A stretch of DNA of 39,987 nt from an uncultured Planctomycetaceae bacterium. GTDB taxonomy: Bacteria; Planctomycetota; Planctomycetia; Planctomycetales; Planctomycetaceae. How positions within the stretch are numbered: position 1 is the first letter of the stretch; every line of letters starts with the position of its first letter. Shown here one piece after another: positions 18,217 to 27,746 of this stretch. The notes below the pieces were generated by a model that saw nothing but the letters and a program-made list of their open reading frames with translations, did not search any database and was not told the DNA's origin. The translations under genes and the position numbers were made by a program. The stretch spans positions 124,001-163,987 of the forward strand of contig CAXBME010000018.1 of assembly GCA_963976765.1 (NCBI GenBank), given 5' to 3'.

Positions 18217-19410
18217 GTGTTTGAACGGAAACAACTGACCGCTGGTTTTGGAGCAGCGATTGTCCTGCTCGCGATGTCTCTGTCGGCGTCGGCCGAAGTT
18301 GCACTGGAACTGGCGGTGCACGAGGCCGCTCGAACAGCCCGGCTGAAACAAATCGACAAGGTGCTGGTCGTTGTCCGGGAAAGCAGCCGTTCAGCCGACG
18401 ATGACGAAATTGCTGGCGTCTTGCGGGCTGTCGAGAAAATGACCTTTGACATGCTCCGGAAAGAGCTCGGTGTTGAAGGAATCGTCGAACGGAAAATTCG
18501 TGATGCTGCCGGCAGAACAAAAGCTCGCGCGTCCATGCAGCCTTCGGAAGTGAGACGGTTCACCGCGCTAACGGAAAGTAAGGCCGGAGCCGTCTTGAAC
18601 CTTGACTACAAGAACCGCAGCGGCGTCAGTGTTGAGGTCACTCTGCTGGACGGGGCGAGTGTTTACTTTTCCGAGCTGGTTCAGCTGGAAAATCGCCCTG
18701 AGCCTATTGATGAATACCTGAAGGACGAATCAAAGGAAAAAAAGTCCGCGAAAGACGGTCCTTCTGCTGATAAAAAAGCTGACCAGAAAAACGAAGACAA
18801 GAGCACCAGCAAGACCGAGGTCAAACTGGCTCCGGGCTCTGAAACAATTAAAGGAACCGGGGGGAAAGTTCGCCGCAGCAAATCCGAAACTCGAAACGTC
18901 CGCTCGACGAGTCAACAGCAACGGCAGAGTGAATCGGTCCTGCAAGCAGTCGGCGCAACCGCAGAAGCAGAGTCGAAAGGAACGCCGCCGCCTCGCACTC
19001 CACAAGGGCCTGTTTCTGAAATTCAACGTGAAGTCGTCAACTTCGCAGCTGACAGCATCGGCAAAAAAATCGGCCGCGGAGAATGCTGGGATCTTGCCGA
19101 CCAGGCATTGCGAGCGGCCGGGGCAGAGCCTCCAAAAGGTTACACCTTCGGTGACCGCATTCCTCTGAGCGAAATTCAACCCGGAGACATTCTGCAGTTC
19201 ACCTCGGCGAGATTTGACGAACCCGGCTACTGGACGATCATGGGCATGCCGAATCACACTGCCGTCGTGCATGCCGTCGGCGATACTCGAGCCTTCATCC
19301 TTCAGCAGAATTTTGACGGCAAACGCTACGTTACAACTTACGACCTGAATCTGAACAACCAGACGTCAGGGCTGATTGAAGCCTTCCGGCCGGTCCCACG
19401 CGAACGCTAA
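18217..19410 (+). CDS. Secreted protein with C-terminal CHAP/NlpC-P60-like cysteine hydrolase domain
   Basis: GTG 18217 with GGAG RBS; signal peptide ending SASA; K/E/S-rich linker; C-terminal GRGECWDLADQAL...GDILQF...HTAVV...ILQQN (Cys-His dyad layout). Confidence 0.75.
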   Translation: MFERKQLTAGFGAAIVLLAMSLSASAEVALELAVHEAARTARLKQIDKVLVVVRESSRSADDDEIAGVLRAVEKMTFDMLRKELGVEGIVERKIRDAAGRTKARASMQPSEVRRFTALTESKAGAVLNLDYKNRSGVSVEVTLLDGASVYFSELVQLENRPEPIDEYLKDESKEKKSAKDGPSADKKADQKNEDKSTSKTEVKLAPGSETIKGTGGKVRRSKSETRNVRSTSQQQRQSESVLQAVGATAEAESKGTPPPRTPQGPVSEIQREVVNFAADSIGKKIGRGECWDLADQALRAAGAEPPKGYTFGDRIPLSEIQPGDILQFTSARFDEPGYWTIMGMPNHTAVVHAVGDTRAFILQQNFDGKRYVTTYDLNLNNQTSGLIEAFRPVPRER

Positions 19411-19446
19411 GTCGCGACGACTCAGCACTTCAGCGAGGAGTCCGAC

Positions 19447-19836
19447 ATGAATGCTGGACAAGTCGTTCTTCTGGCAACTTACCTGTTCACGTCGGTGCTG
19501 CTTGCCGGTTGCGGAGTTCCACTGTTTCGCCGCAAAGTTGGCCGAAACAACCTGTTTGGTTTCCGCACGAAGCTGACCATGAGCGACGACATTATCTGGT
19601 ACGCCGCCAATCAGGTCGCTGGACGCTGGCTGATCATTACCGGGATTGGAACGGCAATATCGGCCATCGCGGGTATCCTCGCAGGAATGAACGAGACAGA
19701 ATCCGCGATACTGGTGACTGGCGGAATGCTGATCGGCATTTCGCTTTGTGTGCTCGCATCACTCGCCGAACAGCGCCGTGTGGTCGAGCAGCGAGATCAC
19801 GATATCAATGACGTCGAAGACCAACCCTCTGCGTAG
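19447..19836 (+). CDS. SdpI/YfhL-family membrane protein
   Basis: RNNLFGFRTKLTMSDDIIWYAANQVAGR signature; 3 TM helices; GAGGAG RBS. Confidence 0.85.
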   Translation: MNAGQVVLLATYLFTSVLLAGCGVPLFRRKVGRNNLFGFRTKLTMSDDIIWYAANQVAGRWLIITGIGTAISAIAGILAGMNETESAILVTGGMLIGISLCVLASLAEQRRVVEQRDHDINDVEDQPSA

Positions 19837-19871
19837 CAGATTGCCACTGGCACGCGTCGAGCAGGAATTCG

Positions 19872-20447
19872 TCAGTTCCACTCGGGGTTCTGTGGCTGAT
19901 TGGGAAAGAACCGCTTCCGCTCGTGAAGCAGTTTCATCGCCTCTTCCCAGACGTCGTACGGTTCGCGGTCGAACACCATCTCGGCACTTGCAGGCAGCGT
20001 GAACCAGTCACCGTGGTTCATTTCCTGTTCGAGCTGTCCGGCGCCCCAACCGGAATACCCGGCGTAGATGCGGAACTGAAAGTCGTTGCCGGAGTCGTCT
20101 TCCTGAAGCGAGGTCTCGACAACCTTCTCGAAAACGTCGGGGCTGGTGCCGACAAAAACGCCTGGGACGACGGGATCGTGTTCCTGGTCATAGTCCGTCG
20201 AGTTGTGCAGAATCAGCAGAGCGTTTTCTTCGACCGGACCACCAGCCAGCAGACACTGACCGGCCCGAGACATTTCGAAATGCTTCGACAATGCCGACGA
20301 GACGCTGACGTCCATCGGGTGGTTAATGACAACGCCCATCGCGCCGTCGTCGCTGTGCTCAAGCATCAGCACAACGGCCTTGAAGAAATTGCGGTCCCGC
20401 AAATTCTTCGAGGCGATCAGAAAATGTCCACGCAGCGATCTGGACAT
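19872..20447 (-). CDS. yqgE: YqgE/AlgH family protein (UPF0301)
   Basis: LRGHFLIA, FFKAVVLMLEH, GAMGVVINHP, GGPV, YAGYSGWGAGQLEQE; GAGG RBS before ATG 20447. Confidence 0.92.
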   Translation of the reverse strand: MSRSLRGHFLIASKNLRDRNFFKAVVLMLEHSDDGAMGVVINHPMDVSVSSALSKHFEMSRAGQCLLAGGPVEENALLILHNSTDYDQEHDPVVPGVFVGTSPDVFEKVVETSLQEDDSGNDFQFRIYAGYSGWGAGQLEQEMNHGDWFTLPASAEMVFDREPYDVWEEAMKLLHERKRFFPNQPQNPEWN

Positions 20448-20500
20448 TGCTTCCTCGGTCCCCCTCAAGAACACAGCCTGGTCGACGGCTTCCCGTCCCG

Positions 20501-21355
20501 TTAACTCTTCGGTGAGAATAACGACCGATATCGCCGCGGTGAATACAGTTGAAACACGACGTCTCGAATATATTCATACGGACCGTCTTCCCGAATCTGC
20601 TGGACAAGTTCTGCAATCTGTAATTGAGACTCGTAGGCCAGGATGCTCTGCAATTTGACTTCAAAGGCAGAGGCGTCACCGACAATTTCCAGGTGCGGGT
20701 CTGACGGAAAATCGCAGTAGACTGCCATTTCGTGGACCTTTGGAACATCGAGCGGATCGCCGAGTTCCGGCCAGATTTTGCCCGACGCGTGAAACAGGCT
20801 GATCATCAACTCGTTGTGTGTGATCTGATGATCGGGGTGCAGATCCATCTTTGTCGGAACGAAAACTCGCGATGGTCGCAGCTCGCGCAGTGAATGCGTG
20901 AAAGCATTCTGCAGTCCTGTGTAGCCGCCGACCGTCGGCTCACCTTCTGCCGCCGGACGGCGACCGATAAATCGAGTCAGGCCGCCGTCTGGAAATCCCA
21001 GGAAATTCACGTGGTCATCTGGAATGCCAAGCACCTCGAACGACCGCAGTGTTTCCTGACGCCGAATGTCGATAATGTCTTTCTTCTGCTCAGATCCGCA
21101 GTAACCAAGACAGCCATCAGTCACGATGACAACCTGCACTTCGACACCCGCCTGCACGGCGGCCTGCATCAACAGCCCGGCACCGATACAGAGATCGTCG
21201 TCGTGAGGCGAGACGAACATCCACGTCGCATTCATCAGTTCGTCAGTCAGCATGGCGTCGGCGAGATTGCTGCGATTTTCAGGCCGACCATCCACCAGGC
21301 GGCTGAAATGAAATGAGGAGGCTGTCGTTTTTGGATGAGTCGTTTGCAGGGGCAT
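20501..21355 (-). CDS. PIG-L/LmbE-family deacetylase
   Basis: FVSPHDDD, VTDG, R..E, DLHPDH, KLQSILAYESQ. The start is uncertain (ATG 21355 chosen for the upstream GGAG). Confidence 0.88.
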   Translation of the reverse strand: MPLQTTHPKTTASSFHFSRLVDGRPENRSNLADAMLTDELMNATWMFVSPHDDDLCIGAGLLMQAAVQAGVEVQVVIVTDGCLGYCGSEQKKDIIDIRRQETLRSFEVLGIPDDHVNFLGFPDGGLTRFIGRRPAAEGEPTVGGYTGLQNAFTHSLRELRPSRVFVPTKMDLHPDHQITHNELMISLFHASGKIWPELGDPLDVPKVHEMAVYCDFPSDPHLEIVGDASAFEVKLQSILAYESQLQIAELVQQIREDGPYEYIRDVVFQLYSPRRYRSLFSPKS

Positions 21356-21786
21356 AATACTGGCGATTCTCCAACGGACCGATGCGGCGTGGGACAGTGT
21401 GGCAGAACGTCGCTCTTTATCGGCACTTTGGCTGACCAGGATTTGTGGTACCACAGAGAAGCAGCCACGATCAGATCGACTGGTGCCCATGCTACCGATT
21501 CGCGAAATCATCAGGAAGGATTGACTGGCTTAACCGGCAAAACGGCGCCCTGAATTTGCAGCGAAACTGCGTAACGCGGCCTGACAGAGCAACCGCGCAA
21601 TGCGGCGTCACCGCCACTTTGAGTCGCATGATTGTCCCACTCGGAACAGTCCGGTTGAGTCAGTCGATTATCGTTCCGATGAGAGAGATGGTGGCCGGGC
21701 TGAAACAAACAACCTGGTTCAGCACCGGAAAATCTGGAATTCCAGCAGCACCGGATAACATTGTCCTCCGTCCATTGGAGCCTTTC

Positions 21787-22755
21787 GTGAATCTGCTTGA
21801 GGTTGATCGAATTCGAAAGAGCTTCAACGGGCACGTCGCTGTGAACGACCTCAGCTTCGAGATTCGTACGGGCGAAGTCCTCGGTCTGCTCGGGCCGAAC
21901 GGAGCCGGCAAAACGACGACAATGTCAATTATTGCCGGCCTGTTGACACCGGACGACGGGCACCTGCGATATCGCGGCGAAGCGGTCATCGGGAATTCAT
22001 CGGCACTGAAAACGGAACTGGGTGTTGTCCCGCAGGATCTGGCGATTTATCCGGATTTAACGGCTCAGGAGAATCTTACCTTCTTCGGACGGTTGTACGG
22101 TCTGCGAGGCCAGCAACTCGATCAGCGAATCCGGTTCGCTCTGGATCGTTCCGGGCTGACGGCCAACGCCGCACGACTGGCGAAGACATTTTCCGGAGGC
22201 ATGAAACGCCGTCTTAACTTTGCGTGCGGACTTCTGCATGAACCAAAGCTGCTGATGCTTGATGAGCCGACGGTCGGTGTGGATCCGCAATCACGAGCGT
22301 ACCTGCTGGACTGTGTTCGGCAGCTTCGCGACGACGGAGTTACCGTGCTCTACGCCAGCCACTACATGGAAGAAGTCGAAGGCATCTCGGATCGAGTCGT
22401 CATCATCGATCACGGTCAGCTGGTCACCAGCGGCACCCAGGAAGAACTTCTCGGCAAACTGCCGATCGATATCCGACTTCGCTTTGCTGGCGATGCACCG
22501 CCGCTGGCTGCCAGCCTGTCGACCATCGAAGGCGTCGCGGCGGTTGAACCGCCAATTCAGAATTCAACCGCCGATTTTACAACAGTCATCCGAACCAGAG
22601 TCACCGCCAGCGACAACGCGGATCTTTGCGGGTTACTCGGTCAGATCTTCAACGTCGCGACCGCCCGGGGTTGCAGCGTCCTGTCCGTAACGACCAACGA
22701 TTCGAATCTCGAACGACTTTTCCTCGAACTTACCGGACGTCGGTTGCGGGATTGA
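21787..22755 (+). CDS. ABC-2 type exporter, ATP-binding subunit
   Basis: Walker A GPNGAGKTT, signature FSGGMKRR, Walker B LMLDEPT, H-loop SHYM; GTG 21787 with GGAG RBS. Confidence 0.95.
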   Translation: MNLLEVDRIRKSFNGHVAVNDLSFEIRTGEVLGLLGPNGAGKTTTMSIIAGLLTPDDGHLRYRGEAVIGNSSALKTELGVVPQDLAIYPDLTAQENLTFFGRLYGLRGQQLDQRIRFALDRSGLTANAARLAKTFSGGMKRRLNFACGLLHEPKLLMLDEPTVGVDPQSRAYLLDCVRQLRDDGVTVLYASHYMEEVEGISDRVVIIDHGQLVTSGTQEELLGKLPIDIRLRFAGDAPPLAASLSTIEGVAAVEPPIQNSTADFTTVIRTRVTASDNADLCGLLGQIFNVATARGCSVLSVTTNDSNLERLFLELTGRRLRD

Positions 22756-22757
22756 AA

Positions 22758-24056
22758 ATGGGATTTCTGGAAATCACTCGCAAAGACCTGACGCTGCTGG
22801 TTCGTGACCGGCGGGCGCTCGTCGTGCTGCTGCTTCTGCCGATGGCGTTTATCTGCATCCTCGGCCTGTCGACGGGAAGGCTGCTCGGCTGGCGCAATGA
22901 CAACCAGCTTCTCAAGCTGGGCGTCGTCGACAACTGCGACAGCCTCCACTCCGGATTGATCATCGCGAGGATGCAGGCGATCGACGGAATCAAAACTGTT
23001 CGCGTGACGTCGCTGACAGAAGCTGACGAGCGACTGAATGATCGCGACATCACCGCCGCCGTCGTGATTGGCGAGCAGTTTGAATCGACAGTCGGGATAC
23101 TGAAGCCGCAGGACATTTTCGACGTCAGCGAAGCTCGGATGAAAATTTCGCTGGAGGATGTCGACATCCAGATTCACAGCCGACCGGCAGCGGCGATGGT
23201 CCATTCTGTTGTTGATCAGCTTGTGCTGTTCTGCACGTTGCAGGCGGTGCTGCCCGACGCCGCTCGGCGATCGACCATGCAGTCGACCGTTACCAATCTT
23301 CTGATGGGCAATTCAGAAAGCGAAACGGCTAAGCCAGGACCATCTGATAAGCTGACGACGACGGCCGATGCGAAATCCACAACGTCGGCGAAGCCGGACA
23401 ACGAAACGTCAACGACTGAACTGGCCGAAGCAGACCGCGAAGCTGAACCAGGCAACCCGGTTTATCAGACGCTGGTTCCCGCCTACACCGTGATGTTTGC
23501 CTTCTTCCTGGTACCGATAATGGGACGATCGTTCATCGCCGAGCGAGAACTCGGAACGTTGCGGCGGCTGCGGATCGCCCCAATCAGCGCGGTCGATCTG
23601 GTACTTGGAAAGACGATTCCATTCCTGGTGATCTCGCTCGCTCAAAGCGCTGCTCTGTTTCTCTTTGGTCGGCTGTTGTTTGGGATGTCCTGGGGAATTC
23701 AGCCATTACTTCTGATCCCGATTGTCGCCTGTACGTCCCTGGCGGCAACGGGCATGGGTCTGCTGATCGCAACGCTGGTGCGGACAGATTCGCAGGTTTC
23801 CGCGTATGCCAACTTTCTGGTCATCACGATGGCGGGCATCAGTGGTTGTTTCATGCCGCGTGAGTGGTTGCCAGAAGTCATGCAGACCGTCAGCCTCGGC
23901 ACGCCACACGCCTGGTCGCTGATCGCCTATCACGAAGCTCTGAGCACACCGACGCCCGACATTTCAACAATCGCCAGGTCATGCGGTGTCCTGTCTGTTT
24001 ATGCAGCCGCACTGGCCTCGCTGGGATGCTGGAAAATGAGCGGAAGTCGTGACTGA
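22758..24056 (+). CDS. ABC-2 type exporter permease
   Basis: KDLTLLVRDRR at the N-terminus, one TM plus a large extracytoplasmic loop, ERELGTLRRL, further C-terminal TMs; ATG 2 nt after the ATPase stop. Confidence 0.93.
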   Translation: MGFLEITRKDLTLLVRDRRALVVLLLLPMAFICILGLSTGRLLGWRNDNQLLKLGVVDNCDSLHSGLIIARMQAIDGIKTVRVTSLTEADERLNDRDITAAVVIGEQFESTVGILKPQDIFDVSEARMKISLEDVDIQIHSRPAAAMVHSVVDQLVLFCTLQAVLPDAARRSTMQSTVTNLLMGNSESETAKPGPSDKLTTTADAKSTTSAKPDNETSTTELAEADREAEPGNPVYQTLVPAYTVMFAFFLVPIMGRSFIAERELGTLRRLRIAPISAVDLVLGKTIPFLVISLAQSAALFLFGRLLFGMSWGIQPLLLIPIVACTSLAATGMGLLIATLVRTDSQVSAYANFLVITMAGISGCFMPREWLPEVMQTVSLGTPHAWSLIAYHEALSTPTPDISTIARSCGVLSVYAAALASLGCWKMSGSRD

Positions 24057-24163
24057 TGATTGACCGCCTCTGGATGATCGACACCGCTGAAAGTGATCCG
24101 GCACTGGACCGTCCCGCTTCCTGGCCACTGAACCACCTTCGCCGCAACCAGCAGGAGCCGATC

Positions 24164-24661
24164 ATGCGATATCAGATGCGTCAGAAATTCTTTTCGTTCG
24201 GCGACAAGTTCATGATCAAGGACGAACACGGGCAGGACGTCTATTTTGTCGACGGAAAAGTGTTTTCGTGGGGCGACAAACTTTCGTTTCAGACAGCCGA
24301 CACTCGCGAAGAAATCGCATTCATCTCGCAGAAGCTCTGGTCGTTCATGCCGAAGTACGAGATTCACCGCAACGGTCAGGTCTTCGCCGAAGTCGTCAAA
24401 GAGTTCACCTGGTTCAAGTCAAAGTTCACACTCGACGTCCCCGGCCCCAACGACTACGAAATCACCGGCAGCTTCTGGCAGCACGAATACAGCTTCACTC
24501 GAAGAGGCCGCACAGTCGCGTCTGTATCAAAGAAATGGTTTTCCCTGACAGACACTTACGGAATCGACATTGTTGACGGCGAAGATGACGTCGCCATCCT
24601 GGCCACCGCCGTCGTCGTGGACCTCGTCTGCCACGACGAGAAATCACATTCCAGCGACTGA
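24164..24661 (+). CDS. LURP-one-related / scramblase-like (Tubby C-terminal-like) protein
   Basis: MRYQMRQKFFSFGDKFMIKDE..., VSKKWFSLTDTYGIDI, C-terminal hydrophobic helix ILATAVVVD; AGGAG RBS before ATG 24164. Confidence 0.88.
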   Translation: MRYQMRQKFFSFGDKFMIKDEHGQDVYFVDGKVFSWGDKLSFQTADTREEIAFISQKLWSFMPKYEIHRNGQVFAEVVKEFTWFKSKFTLDVPGPNDYEITGSFWQHEYSFTRRGRTVASVSKKWFSLTDTYGIDIVDGEDDVAILATAVVVDLVCHDEKSHSSD

Positions 24662-24711
24662 TCCACACCTCGCGTTACAACACCGGTGACAGTAGCAAGC
24701 GCGCCCGCAAT

Positions 24712-25311
24712 TTATGCCTGGCCGGTCGCGTAGTACGGGTTCTGGCCGGCGGAGTGGTCGGTCGTGTCGATGATGTCGCCGATTTCAGGAACCGCTCGGC
24801 GAATCGACGCTTCAACGCCGAACTTCAGCGTAGCGGTCGCGGATGAGCAGCCCTGGCATCCGCCACCCATCTTCAACAACACAACGTTGTCTTTCACATC
24901 GACGATGTCGATACTGCCGCCGTGCGAGGCGACAGATGGTGCCACTTCCGAAGCGATGACTGATTCGACACGGCTGCGAAGTTCTTCAGCCGGCGGTAAC
25001 GAAGCTTCGAGTTCCGATGAAACGGCAGAATCGCCCGACGCAATGTGCGCGCGAATGGCCGCCCCAATGTGCGGCCCAAGCTGTGGCCACCCCGCCGGGC
25101 TGGACTTGCTGACCGTAATCGTCTGATGCGAAATCAAAACGTTGGAAATCCCCGGAATTTCGAACAGTCGCGTCGCCAGCGGAGATAATTCTGCCGATTC
25201 CTTCGTCGCAAAATAGAAGGACCGATTCTCGTAAACCGGGCGGTCCACGATGAATTTGCACATGGCTGGGACGGGAAGCGGCTCCCCCTGAATTCGAATT
25301 TCCTGATCCAT
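24712..25311 (-). CDS. Nfu/NifU-family Fe-S cluster carrier (Nfu N-terminal domain + NifU C-terminal domain)
   Basis: SPLATRLFEIPGISNV (Nfu_N) and VAPSVASHGG...MGGGCQGC...TLKFGVE (CxxC). Confidence 0.9.
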   Translation of the reverse strand: MDQEIRIQGEPLPVPAMCKFIVDRPVYENRSFYFATKESAELSPLATRLFEIPGISNVLISHQTITVSKSSPAGWPQLGPHIGAAIRAHIASGDSAVSSELEASLPPAEELRSRVESVIASEVAPSVASHGGSIDIVDVKDNVVLLKMGGGCQGCSSATATLKFGVEASIRRAVPEIGDIIDTTDHSAGQNPYYATGQA

Positions 25312-25463
25312 CGTTCGACTCAATGTGTGTTGAAAGTGCGGTGAGTTTTAGACAACTGACGTTGCGAAAATTCTTGCAACCAGCATTCGAAAGAGCAACC
25401 CTCGCAGAATTGCCTTTTCTTCCGAAAGAACGCGACATTGATCATCGTCAACAGCCAGAGAAC

Positions 25464-26336
25464 TCAAGTGACGGAAATCACAACTGAAATGCCGATCAGC
25501 ACGGCGCCGATCAGTCGCATGCTCATGGTGCGATTTCCAGGCGTGGCCGACGCTTCGCTGAAACGATGAGCAAGAATCCACGTCAGCAGAACACCCCACA
25601 AGCCTCTCAGTGAATACACGATGTTGACCCGCGTCGCGTCGCCGAAAAAGCCCAACGTCACGGTCATGCCGATTGCCTGAAGTGCCATCAGGACAGCGCC
25701 AAGAACCAGAAGATGGACAACACCCTTTGACGACAGCTCAGAGGAACGATCCGCGAGCCTGATAAACGCCAGTGAGAAGACAGCCGCGAAAGCAAAGGCG
25801 ACGGGCAGGAAGTAGCCGGCTCCCCAGGCAGGTGCCCATCGCTGGATCAACAGGTCAAACAGCGTCATCGAACAGGCGGCCAGCAACGCGAAGCCAACCG
25901 AAGCCAGAATCTTTGACCTCTCGATCGACTTGTCGCGAGCCTGCACAAATCCGATCCCAATTACGGCGATGGCGGCTGCGATCCAGACCTTCGCCGATTG
26001 TTCTTCCTCCACAAAAAATGGAGCGAGTGCCGGCACGATGAGCACCTTGATTCCCAGCACCGGAGCCGCGATCGACACGTCGCCGCGTTCAACAGCCAGT
26101 AGTGTGAAGAGCTGCCCGGCCAGATACAGGCCGCCAATGATCGCTGGCTGCCAGAGCAGGCTGGCCGGTTGCATCGTCCCGCCCATCAGCGTCAGCAGGG
26201 GAAACACGCACGCCGGAGCCCAACACACAACGATCATCGTTGTCCACGTCGACGTTCCTCGCTGCTGAGCCCGTTGAAGATTCAACAGGCCAAATACAAC
26301 CAGCACGCTGGAGCAGAATGGAAGCAGAAGATGAAT
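25464..26336 (-). CDS. DMT/EamA-family transporter
   Basis: About 10 TM helices, GDVSIAAPVLG. Start placed at ATT 26336 behind an AAGGA RBS; the ORF track uses ATG 26429. Confidence 0.85.
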   Translation of the reverse strand: MHLLLPFCSSVLVVFGLLNLQRAQQRGTSTWTTMIVVCWAPACVFPLLTLMGGTMQPASLLWQPAIIGGLYLAGQLFTLLAVERGDVSIAAPVLGIKVLIVPALAPFFVEEEQSAKVWIAAAIAVIGIGFVQARDKSIERSKILASVGFALLAACSMTLFDLLIQRWAPAWGAGYFLPVAFAFAAVFSLAFIRLADRSSELSSKGVVHLLVLGAVLMALQAIGMTVTLGFFGDATRVNIVYSLRGLWGVLLTWILAHRFSEASATPGNRTMSMRLIGAVLIGISVVISVT

Positions 26337-26424
26337 TGCGGCGATCCTTAGTCGAGGGATGCGGCACTCTCGCAGAATCACTCTGCGTTCGCGAGTGCTG
26401 CGTCGCTCCCACCGTGCCGTCGCA

Positions 26425-26456
26425 ACCATCGCCTCAGAAGACCATCGCCTCAGAAG
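26425..26456. repeat. Perfect 16-bp tandem duplication (ACCATCGCCTCAGAAG x2)
   Basis: Read directly at 26425-26440 and 26441-26456. Confidence 0.95.
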
Positions 26457-26730
26457 TAGTCACCCAACCAGAACCGAACTGACCCGTCCGATCGGTATCT
26501 CGTGACAATTCGCCAAACGCAGCTTTGCAGGCGACAGGACCGTGATTAGCGGCGGACCTGACATAACTGCGTATGCCGCAGCGTGCCTCTGAAAACGGCA
26601 CCGCGTCTCAAGTTTCCCGATCTGGTACACATTGTTGCAGACCTATGTTTCAGACAGCGCTGCCAACTCCGTTACTTTTGCCAGTTCAAACAGGTCGCGA
26701 TCGACGCGACATTTCGCGTGGAGAGACTCC

Positions 26731-27726
26731 ATGGTATCTGCCAGCAAGTTATGGACGCGGATTCGCGAGACTCCCCGTCAGAAATCCTGGGGTCCGATGA
26801 CCGCGTCGATTCTCGGCACTGGTGCCTTTGCCCCCGGAAACGTCGTCGACAATGAAAGTCTTGTGACGTCGTACGGAATCGATAGTACGCCCGACTGGAT
26901 CGCGTCGAAGACAGGTATCCTGGAACGACGCTTCGCATCTCCGGAAACCACCGCGTCCGATCTCGCGACAGAAGCAGCGCTGCGAGCCCTCGAGCAGGCG
27001 GGCATGCCACCGTCTGACGTTGACCTGTTCATCGTGGCGACGTCGACTCCCGATTTCACGATGCCATCCACCGCGTGCCTGGTTCAGGAGAAACTGAACA
27101 CAGAAGGGGCAATGGCGTTTGACATTACCAATGCCTGCGCAGGGTTCGTTACGGCACTCGACATCGCCGCGCGGTGCCTGCAAACAAACACCGAAACCGC
27201 CGTCGTCATTGGAGTCGACATCGGAAGCCGACTGGTCGATTCAAATGACCGCACAACATCGGTCTTCTTCGGTGACGGAGCGGGGGCCGTCGTACTCAGT
27301 TCAGAGGGAGGTGGTCAGATCCTGGCTTCCCGTCTTCAGTCGCGCGGCGACACGGAATCTCTGAACGTGCCCGTCGGCGGGACGATGACCATGAACGGAA
27401 AGGCGATCTGGAATTTCGCTACCGATGTCTTTCCCCACACAGTCCGGTACCTCTGCCGCAAAGCGAACGTCCCGGTCGACCAGATCAAGCTGCTGGTGCC
27501 GCATCAGGCCAACGAAAACATCATCCGTTGCGGAGCGGCCGAACTCGGCATCCCAATGGAGCGAGTCGCCGTCAACATCGAACGCTATGGCAACACGCTG
27601 GCCGCCAGCATTCCCATTGCGCTCGACGAAGCCTTGTCAGACGGACGTGCCTCACCCGGTGACTACGTGATGCTTGTCGGATTTGGAGCAGGTCTCTCCT
27701 GGGGCGGTAACCTGCTGCGTCTGTAG
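26731..27726 (+). CDS. fabH: 3-oxoacyl-ACP synthase III (FabH-like)
   Basis: Catalytic triad NACAGF (Cys), VPHQAN (His), YGNT (Asn); FGDGAGA, GFGAGLSWG. ATG 26731 with GGAG RBS (alternative start 26797). Confidence 0.92.
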   Translation: MVSASKLWTRIRETPRQKSWGPMTASILGTGAFAPGNVVDNESLVTSYGIDSTPDWIASKTGILERRFASPETTASDLATEAALRALEQAGMPPSDVDLFIVATSTPDFTMPSTACLVQEKLNTEGAMAFDITNACAGFVTALDIAARCLQTNTETAVVIGVDIGSRLVDSNDRTTSVFFGDGAGAVVLSSEGGGQILASRLQSRGDTESLNVPVGGTMTMNGKAIWNFATDVFPHTVRYLCRKANVPVDQIKLLVPHQANENIIRCGAAELGIPMERVAVNIERYGNTLAASIPIALDEALSDGRASPGDYVMLVGFGAGLSWGGNLLRL

Positions 27727-27746
27727 TTTTCCTTGGATTTCACGTC

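Noticed and set aside
19847..19863. TGGCACGCGTCGAGCA sigma54-like box
   Set aside because: It lies between convergent genes with nothing to drive and is better explained as a fragment of the REP-like repeat.
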